Made by a program: the position numbers and the translations under genes
DNA from: a virus
Lineage: Duplodnaviria > Caudoviricetes
Virus record (IMG/VR): IMGVR_UViG_3300017914_000745
Span: 1-31,988 of that record
DNA length: 31,988 bases
Strand: one strand, 5' to 3'
Part shown: in pieces, positions 1 through 4,266 of the stretch
Layout of the letters: every line of letters starts with the position of its first letter
Position numbering within the stretch: position 1 is the stretch's first letter
Notes under the pieces: generated by a model
The model's database searches: none
Told to the model about the DNA's origin: nothing
Seen by the model: the letters and a program-made list of their open reading frames with translations, nothing else

Positions 1-114
1 CTCTATTGTAAGTGTTGCTAGTGATTCTTCTATATCAGATACTGCAATCTTATCGACTTCTGTTCTGATACCATTAAGATAACTAACACCATTTATTATT
101 TGAAACACTGTCAT
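1..114 (-). CDS. Partial hypothetical early protein (runs off the window start), MTVFQIINGVSYLNGIRTEVDK...
   Basis: ATG at 114 immediately follows the upstream TAA and is preceded by SD GGAGG. The frame is open to the window edge (manual translation). Confidence 0.7.
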   Translation of the reverse strand, partial: MTVFQIINGVSYLNGIRTEVDKIAVSDIEESLATLTIE

Positions 115-201
115 TTATTCCTCCAATACTCCTAGCACTCTTGCTAGTAATAGTTCATCTTCTAATAGTTCTTCTTTTAATTGATCAAAAATATCTGGCA
201 T
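115..201 (-). CDS. 28-aa acidic hypothetical protein MPDIFDQLKEELLEDELLLARVLGVLEE
   Basis: Not in the ORF track. SD GAGGAGGAG precedes a TAATG stop/start overlap with 201..422, and it fills the gap to the next gene exactly. Confidence 0.65.
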   Translation of the reverse strand: MPDIFDQLKEELLEDELLLARVLGVLEE

Positions 202-422
202 TACTCCTCCTCTTCTTTTGTGTTAGATTTATTTAGCTCTTGTGCTATCTTCATTGTGTTTTCGTTATGGTCCTGGACAAATTGGTCCAGGAGTTCTGCT
301 ATTCGCTTTGTGTTCAGTGAAGTAAATACTATAGACTTCTCTACCTTCTGTCCTCCACATGCGTTAGCTAATTTAATCGCCCATTTCTTTATAGACTTAG
401 GGTCATCAAATATATTAGGCAT
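201..422 (-). CDS. Hypothetical early protein (73 aa)
   Basis: ORF track. SD GAGGTG upstream and tightly packed with neighbours. Confidence 0.8.
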   Translation of the reverse strand: MPNIFDDPKSIKKWAIKLANACGGQKVEKSIVFTSLNTKRIAELLDQFVQDHNENTMKIAQELNKSNTKEEEE

Positions 423-575
423 TTACTTCACCTCTCTTAATTGTTTTATGTCGCTTGGAATACTGCTATCGTTTAAGTTCCAATATTGAATACAAAAACA
501 ATTTACACAACCTAGTTCTTGGTCCAGGTCCTCCTTGCATGTCTTACATATATCATTAATTATTACATTAGGCAT
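423..575 (-). CDS. 50-aa putative zinc-binding protein MPNVIINDICKTCKEDLDQELGCVNCFCIQYW...
   Basis: Manual translation. SD GAGGAG, 8-nt overlap with 568..795, CxxC-x9-CxxC motif. Confidence 0.7.
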   Translation of the reverse strand: MPNVIINDICKTCKEDLDQELGCVNCFCIQYWNLNDSSIPSDIKQLREVK

Positions 576-795
576 CTATCTCCTCCTCTACTTTTATCTT
601 TACTGTATAAAACTGGTCAACTGTCCAATGTTCATGTAAGTCTTGTATAGTTGTAGCTAAAGCATCTTCTACTTCTTCCTCCTCAAATCTACCACTAGAC
701 TCAACCCATAAATTATGGCGACTAATTACTTCGGCTTCTGTGCCTACGCAATACTCTCCATCTTCGTAGCTTAAACGATATAGTTTAATCTCCAT
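568..795 (-). CDS. Acidic hypothetical early protein (75 aa)
   Basis: ORF track. SD AAGGAGG preceded by an ACAAAC-rich leader. Confidence 0.8.
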   Translation of the reverse strand: MEIKLYRLSYEDGEYCVGTEAEVISRHNLWVESSGRFEEEEVEDALATTIQDLHEHWTVDQFYTVKIKVEEEIDA

Positions 796-823
796 TACTT
801 CCTCCTTCTATTGTTTTGTTTGT

Positions 824-979
824 TTATTTGGCGGCAGTCTCTAGTTCAATCAGCTTGACTATAAACATACTACCATAATCTTTAAGCTCTCTAACCTTAC
901 ATTGTGCATCATGTTTGTTAGTGAACTCCCATGTCATTCTTCCTCCATATAGACTGACACTTTGTACTTGGTATTTCAT
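824..979 (-). CDS. 51-aa hypothetical protein MKYQVQSVSLYGGRMTWEFTNKHDAQCKVRELKDYGSMFIVKLIELETAAK
   Basis: Manual translation. SD GGGAG ends 5 nt before the ATG. Confidence 0.7.
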   Translation of the reverse strand: MKYQVQSVSLYGGRMTWEFTNKHDAQCKVRELKDYGSMFIVKLIELETAAK

Positions 980-1026
980 AGTATCTCCCATGTAATCCTT
1001 ACCTTTATCCTAATCCTCTTTGATTC

Positions 1027-1061
1027 TTATGTAAACTACATAAGACATTTAGTTTACATAA
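1027..1061. promoter_or_regulatory. 12-bp perfect inverted repeat TTATGTAAACTA-N11-TAGTTTACATAA, candidate operator
   Basis: Seen directly. The same TTATGTAA half-sites recur inverted at 2185-2208. Confidence 0.45.
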
Positions 1062-1071
1062 ATTTTCGATC

Positions 1072-1133
1072 AAAAAAATAGTGCTTGGTCCTGTTATTTT
1101 TTAACATAAAGAGACACCAGGACCTTGCACTAT
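1072..1133 (-). terminator. Hairpin ATAGTGC-AA-GGTCCTG-N24-CAGGACC-AA-GCACTAT followed by a T-run on the minus strand; terminator or processing site
   Basis: Two 7-bp arms with a 2x2 internal loop, downstream of ORF 1173..1298. The loop is large for a classical terminator. Confidence 0.5.
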
Positions 1134-1172
1134 ATTGCATGTATGCGTTGCTTAAATATCCTTTACTGTCTC

Positions 1173-1298
1173 TTATTCCTCCTCTGCGTAATTAAGTTCA
1201 GCAGTAAAATAAGCAGTATTACCCTCTATTTTTACTGATACTTCTGGCTTTATATTATAAAAGTCATTTAACGCACCTTCTTTACTTATATTTGGCAT
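1173..1298 (-). CDS. 41-aa hypothetical protein MPNISKEGALNDFYNIKPEVSVKIEGNTAYFTAELNYAEEE
   Basis: Manual translation. Strong SD TAAGGAGGG. Confidence 0.7.
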   Translation of the reverse strand: MPNISKEGALNDFYNIKPEVSVKIEGNTAYFTAELNYAEEE

Positions 1299-1307
1299 TA
1301 TCCCTCC

Positions 1308-1457
1308 TTATTTGATTCTTACTTGTATAACTGTTCTGCGGCATTCGTTACATGTGTCTAGGTCACCATCACCTTTAAAATAGTTCTGACAATCTCCGCA
1401 TAGTGTTGCACCATCCAGGTCATCTCCTGGCATTATTATATCTCCTAGTTTTACCAT
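1308..1457 (-). CDS. 49-aa putative zinc-binding protein MVKLGDIIMPGDDLDGATLCGDCQNYFKGDGDLDTCNECRR...
   Basis: Manual translation. SD AAGGAGG, CxxC-x12-CxxC motif. An alternative internal start at MPGDD has its own SD. Confidence 0.75.
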   Translation of the reverse strand: MVKLGDIIMPGDDLDGATLCGDCQNYFKGDGDLDTCNECRRTVIQVRIK

Positions 1458-1476
1458 ACATCCTCCTTGTTTGTTT

Positions 1477-1522
1477 GAGTCTAAGACTCCACAAGGCTAC
1501 CAAATTGATAACCTTGAAGAGT
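1477..1522 (-). promoter_or_regulatory. Intergenic RNA structure, copy 1 (long hairpin + GAGUCUUAGACUC); candidate RNase III-type processing site
   Basis: Minus-strand RNA ACUCU-U-CAAGGUUAUC-AAUUU-GGUAGCCUUG-U-GGAGU. The stem mismatches resolve as G-U only on the minus strand. Confidence 0.6.
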
Positions 1523-1523
1523 G

Positions 1524-1904
1524 TTAGGCGTGTAACGAATTAGTGTTATTTCCTCCATTCCATCCACCTCTTACATCTACTCCATCAATTTCAGATCTTT
1601 TATAAAATCCACCTAAATCAAATTCACCTATTGAGCAACTTGCGTATAAGTCTCTTATAAGACTCTTGTGTTTTGCAGTAGTATGAGAATAAAACTCATT
1701 ACATAGAATTACTTTAGTTTCATTTATAAAACTATCATTCTCCACATCTACCACATAAGCGATAGGAGTATTGTAAGATACAATTAAATCGTATCTAGTG
1801 CCTTCTACTCTTCTTAAAGTTCCTGTTGTATTTAATGGCTTGACTGCTAGAACTTCGTTATCTCCTGGCTTAGTTGCTTTTGGTTCTTTGTATATAGTTT
1901 TCAT
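1524..1904 (-). CDS. Conserved-type phage early protein of unknown function (126 aa)
   Basis: ORF track. SD TAAGGAG. Carries an SYxTxIA...YSxTTxKH motif that I recognise from small uncharacterised phage proteins. Confidence 0.85.
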   Translation of the reverse strand: MKTIYKEPKATKPGDNEVLAVKPLNTTGTLRRVEGTRYDLIVSYNTPIAYVVDVENDSFINETKVILCNEFYSHTTAKHKSLIRDLYASCSIGEFDLGGFYKRSEIDGVDVRGGWNGGNNTNSLHA

Positions 1905-1930
1905 AATTTCTCCTTATGTTTGTTTGTGTT

Positions 1931-1980
1931 GAGTCTAAGACTCCTAGAGGATGCATAAGGGGAATACATCCTCCGAGAGC
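1931..1980 (-). promoter_or_regulatory. Intergenic RNA structure, copy 2 (long hairpin + GAGUCUUAGACUC)
   Basis: Minus-strand RNA GCUCU-CG-GAGGAUGUAU-UCCCCUU-AUGCAUCCUC-UA-GGAGU. Same architecture as 1477-1522 with a different upper-stem sequence. Confidence 0.6.
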
Positions 1981-1981
1981 A

Positions 1982-2158
1982 TTACACGAGTTTATTGAAC
2001 TCCTCGTTTATTGCATCTCTGTCAATAATAAACTGTGATTCTAGTTTTTTATATTGAGTTCTCCAATAAGCATCTACTAACTTATCTTTTAATTCAGCTA
2101 ACTCTGTTACAGTCATGAATTCTGCTGATTCTTTTAGTATGTTTATTATCTTATCCAT
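1982..2158 (-). CDS. 58-aa helical hypothetical protein MDKIINILKESAEFMTVTELAELKDKLVDAYWRTQYKK...
   Basis: Manual translation. SD AAAGGAG and an extended -10 promoter (TGaTATACT) just upstream. Confidence 0.75.
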   Translation of the reverse strand: MDKIINILKESAEFMTVTELAELKDKLVDAYWRTQYKKLESQFIIDRDAINEEFNKLV

Positions 2159-2184
2159 TTTTGTTTGTCTCCTTTATTGTTTGC

Positions 2185-2208
2185 TTATGTAAGTATATCA
2201 TTACATAA
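2185..2208 (-). promoter_or_regulatory. Extended -10 promoter (TGA TATACT) embedded between inverted TTATGTAA half-sites
   Basis: Plus strand reads TTATGTAA-gtatatca-TTACATAA. It lies upstream of ORF 1982..2158. Confidence 0.55.
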
Positions 2209-2236
2209 ATTATAGTTGTGTATTTCTGATCGAAAA

Positions 2237-2434
2237 TTATTTCCTATAGGCAGTTACTAAGTCACCTTCGTATGTGCCATTTTCTTTGGTAACATCTTGA
2301 TATATTTTATATCCTGCTATTTCTTCAGATGCTCCTCCTTCTACTTCAATAATGTATTGTGCGGATTCCTTAAGAGTCTTGAACTCTTTATATGTTGGTT
2401 GTCCTTTAGTGACATCTATTTTTACTATGTACAT
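2237..2434 (-). CDS. Hypothetical protein, first gene of the leftward early operon (65 aa)
   Basis: ORF track. SD GAAGGAG and ACAAAC leader. Confidence 0.8.
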   Translation of the reverse strand: MYIVKIDVTKGQPTYKEFKTLKESAQYIIEVEGGASEEIAGYKIYQDVTKENGTYEGDLVTAYRK

Positions 2435-2467
2435 TTGTACTCCTTCTTTATGTTGTTTGTAATAACC

Positions 2468-2494
2468 AGCTTACACTATCCAGGATTTAAACAA
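2468..2494 (-). promoter_or_regulatory. Candidate leftward early promoter TTGTTT-N15-TAAGCT with an A/T-rich upstream tract
   Basis: Located about 35 nt upstream of the first early gene. The spacer is non-canonical. Confidence 0.4.
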
Positions 2495-2571
2495 GGTATT
2501 TCTTTTAATTTTTTTTCCAGGAGTTTAAACAACGCATCCCCCTCTTGAACAAGTTTAAATTAAGTACACAC

Positions 2572-2587
2572 TCGAACATATGTTCTA
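2572..2587. promoter_or_regulatory. LexA (SOS) box, Actinobacteria/Firmicutes type: TCGAAC-ATAT-GTTCTA
   Basis: One mismatch to TCGAAC-N4-GTTCGA, with a perfect GAAC-N4-GTTC core. Confidence 0.7.
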
Positions 2588-2770
2588 CACTATATATGGT
2601 ATGACTACATATTGTGGTGTATTCGGATTACATACTATATGTTGTACCACTATATATAGTAGTGTTTTAAAGGGGTAGGGTTTAATGTAACCCCCTGTGT
2701 TGTGTTGTGTGTAACCTAGAAAAGATTGCTGTTAAAGGGGTACTATATATTGTGGTACTAGATCTAGTAG
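2587..2770. promoter_or_regulatory. Array of six NrdR-box-like palindromes in three pairs
   Basis: 10-bp cores at 2590 CTATATATGG, 2605 CTACATATTG, 2635 CTATATGTTG, 2650 CTATATATAG, 2743 CTATATATTG and 2758 CTAGATCTAG, compared with the NrdR consensus acaCwAtATaTwGtg. Confidence 0.7.
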
Positions 2771-2790
2771 GGTACTATATTAAAGTGTGG

Positions 2791-2819
2791 TTTACAATAA
2801 GTAGATCAAACTTTATAGT
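2791..2819 (+). promoter_or_regulatory. Sigma70/SigA-type promoter TTTACA-N17-TATAGT
   Basis: Near-consensus hexamers at canonical spacing, directly downstream of the last NrdR-like pair. Confidence 0.5.
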
Positions 2820-2841
2820 GATTTTACAAACTCACTATAAA
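2812..2841. repeat. 10-bp perfect inverted repeat TTTATAGTGA-N10-TCACTATAAA (hairpin, terminator or operator)
   Basis: Seen directly. Confidence 0.5.
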
Positions 2842-3068
2842 TATAAAAGTTGAATGGTGCTAACCCTGTGCCACTCCCAACCCAACCGAGTGCTATCAAT
2901 TTAGTAGCTATAAACAACATGTGGAGTAATAGGCTATTACCCTAGTTACCATGGTCCTGCTAATCCACTTTATTGATGTTTTTATCAAGAATCCTTTTCT
3001 TAAAGCAGGAAGAATCCTTTGCTTGTTTTCTTACTATAACAGGTTTTGTTTTTAGTGGTAGTATTTAT

Positions 3069-3134
3069 TATGGGGTTTTTGTATAGTAGGAGTTTCCTCC
3101 TTTCGCCTACGATCAGTCACACAGAAACCCCATA
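3069..3134 (+). ncRNA. Candidate structured RNA element with anti-SD loop
   Basis: 14-bp closing stem (3069-3082/3121-3134, one G-U on the plus strand). Inner stem GTAGG/CCTAC, with CCTCCTTTC in the loop. Confidence 0.4.
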
Positions 3135-3141
3135 GATTTAC

Positions 3142-3168
3142 TTGCATAATATAACAGTATGCTATAGT
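3142..3168 (+). promoter_or_regulatory. Promoter TTGCAT-N15-TATAGT with extended -10 (TGc)
   Basis: Seen directly. It would start a transcript at about 3174. Confidence 0.55.
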
Positions 3169-3172
3169 TATA

Positions 3173-3283
3173 AGTAGGGAAAGGCATGATTAGTAATTCG
3201 TTCCTCCTGGAACAAAACTACATCACGACCCTCCTTTCTTTGTTTGTGTATAGTACAAACCCCTACTGGCAACAGCAGGGGTT
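3173..3283 (+). ncRNA. Candidate ~110-nt small RNA with two anti-SD segments
   Basis: Upstream promoter, interrupted hairpin with apical UUCCUCCU, the segment CCCUCCUUUCUUUGUUUGU, and a terminal GCAA-loop hairpin. No credible plus-strand ORF. Confidence 0.45.
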
Positions 3284-3297
3284 GCTATACTAGAAAC

Positions 3298-3429
3298 ATG
3301 ACATTTCCAGAAATAGTACAAGGCAAAGCACAATCTGTATTTACAGAAGATTGTGATGAATGTTTGCATCCTTACTGGTCTGATGAACTTGTTGATGGCG
3401 TATGCGAGAGATGTAGATCAACTGAATAA
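3298..3429 (+). CDS. 43-aa zinc-binding protein (CDEC...CERC), probably leaderless; start revised from 3244 to 3298
   Basis: Extended -10 TGcTATACT (3283-3291) lies 6 nt before ATG 3298. No SD. Two CxxC motifs. Confidence 0.7.
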   Translation: MTFPEIVQGKAQSVFTEDCDECLHPYWSDELVDGVCERCRSTE

Positions 3430-3441
3430 AAAAAATTTTTT

Positions 3442-3472
3442 TTCGCACTTAGTGCGAAGGCAGCACTATAGT
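3442..3472 (+). promoter_or_regulatory. Promoter (TCGCAC-N18-TATAGT, upstream A/T tract) overlapped by palindrome TTCGCACT-T-AGTGCGAA
   Basis: Seen directly. Confidence 0.45.
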
Positions 3473-3477
3473 AATTA

Positions 3478-3650
3478 TATCTAGGAAAGTCCTAGATAGC
3501 GTAAGGGTATACGCTGAAATAAGAAAGATAGCTAAAAATCATATAGACAAAAAATCAAGTGATGGATAGGTTGATTTCGTATTTCTTTCATTTAACAGTA
3601 AATGGACAGACTGTATAGTAACAAGACCCTGCTTCGGCAGGGTTTTGTGT
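3478..3650 (+). ncRNA. Candidate ~170-nt multi-hairpin ncRNA
   Basis: Five or six stems lie between a TATAGT promoter and a C(UUCG)G terminator. No ORF. Confidence 0.5.
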
Positions 3651-3651
3651 T
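3621..3651 (+). terminator. Intrinsic terminator ACAAGACCCTGC-TTCG-GCAGGGTTTTGT
   Basis: GC-rich stem, C(UUCG)G tetraloop, T-rich tail. Confidence 0.75.
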
Positions 3652-3656
3652 ATAGT
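3648..3656 (+). promoter_or_regulatory. Extended -10 promoter TGtTATAGT for the packaging/structural operon
   Basis: About 28 nt upstream of ATG 3684. The same TGTTATAGTAAGAA 14-mer occurs on the minus strand at 3028-3041. Confidence 0.55.
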
Positions 3657-3683
3657 AAGAAGAAGCAATACAGGAGTACAAAA

Positions 3684-3746
3684 ATGCCAATGACAAAAAA
3701 GGGTAAGAAAAAAAGATACCCAAGTAAAAGAATAAGCAAGAGATAA
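3684..3746 (+). CDS. 20-aa highly basic peptide MPMTKKGKKKRYPSKRISKR
   Basis: Not in the ORF track. SD CAGGAG, ends 2 nt before the next ATG, 10 of 20 residues are K/R. Confidence 0.65.
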   Translation: MPMTKKGKKKRYPSKRISKR

Positions 3747-3748
3747 TT

Positions 3749-4006
3749 ATGGCTACATACCAAGGTAAATCAGTATCATTAAATTCACCTTCAAGAATTG
3801 GTAAAGGTGAACCTGGTCATGGTCGTAAAAAATTTAAAGTATATGTTAAGGATGGAGATAAAATTAAAAAAGTAATGTTTGGAGATCCTAACATGGAAAT
3901 AAGAAAAGATAATGCTGCTGCACGAAAATCTTTTAGAGCAAGACATAAGTGCGATACAGCAACAGACAAAACATCTGCAAGATATTGGTCTTGCAGAATG
4001 TGGTAA
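3749..4006 (+). CDS. Small basic conserved viral protein (85 aa) of unknown function
   Basis: Motif KKVxFGDPNM...RKSFRARHKC...ARYWSCxxW, which I recognise as widespread in aquatic phages (DUF5754-like, unverified). Confidence 0.85.
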   Translation: MATYQGKSVSLNSPSRIGKGEPGHGRKKFKVYVKDGDKIKKVMFGDPNMEIRKDNAAARKSFRARHKCDTATDKTSARYWSCRMW

Positions 4007-4014
4007 GGAAAGAT

Positions 4015-4164
4015 ATGAGTTTATACGAAAATATCAATAGAAGAAAAAAAGCAGGAACAAGTAGATCAAAAAAGAACTCTACTATCAGTGCAAAAAACTA
4101 TAGAGAAATGCAAAAGGGATTTCCTAATAGTAAAAAAAATAAAGCTAAACGCAAGAAAAAATAA
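4015..4164 (+). CDS. 49-aa very basic protein MSLYENINRRKKAG...; start revised from 3949 to 4015
   Basis: SD TAAGGA before ATG 4015. This start avoids overlap with 3749..4006. Confidence 0.75.
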   Translation: MSLYENINRRKKAGTSRSKKNSTISAKNYREMQKGFPNSKKNKAKRKKK

Positions 4165-4266
4165 TTGAATATTAAATTAACCTGTCCAGTTTGTGGGCAG
4201 GTATTATCTATTGTAGATAGAAAAGTAGTTTGCAAAAATAAAGATTGTAATAATTATGGCAGATAA
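4165..4266 (+). CDS. 33-aa zinc-ribbon protein (M)NIKLTCPVCGQVLSIVDRKVVCKNKDCNNYGR
   Basis: TTG start directly after the upstream TAA. CPVC...CKNKDC motif. Overlaps the terL start by 11 nt. Confidence 0.6.
   Translation: MNIKLTCPVCGQVLSIVDRKVVCKNKDCNNYGR

Noticed and set aside
181-489. Plus-strand 102-aa ORF (and 2297..2548)
   Set aside because: Antisense shadows of tightly packed minus-strand genes that have clear SD sites. F/S/L-rich composition typical of a reverse complement.
2587-2785. CRISPR-like or mini-array interpretation of the repeats
   Set aside because: Units are 10-15 bp degenerate palindromes without 25-40 bp unique spacers, and no cas genes are present.
2985-3240. CsrA/RsmA-sponge sRNA (AGGA in hairpin loops on the minus strand, e.g. 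GUUCC-AGGA-GGAAC)
   Set aside because: Few sites are in convincing loops, promoter and G-U evidence for 3069-3283 mostly favours the plus strand, and CsrA in the inferred host is uncertain. Not excluded, but unsupported.
3426-3443. A-run/T-run palindrome as a terminator or special element
   Set aside because: A pure A/T stem is too weak. It is more simply an UP element or bent tract of the adjacent promoter.
2840-3650. tRNA, tmRNA or hammerhead/HDV ribozyme in the non-coding region
   Set aside because: No cloverleaf with a T-loop GTTCRA in context. The only CTGATGA (3380) lies inside a CDS without hammerhead stems.
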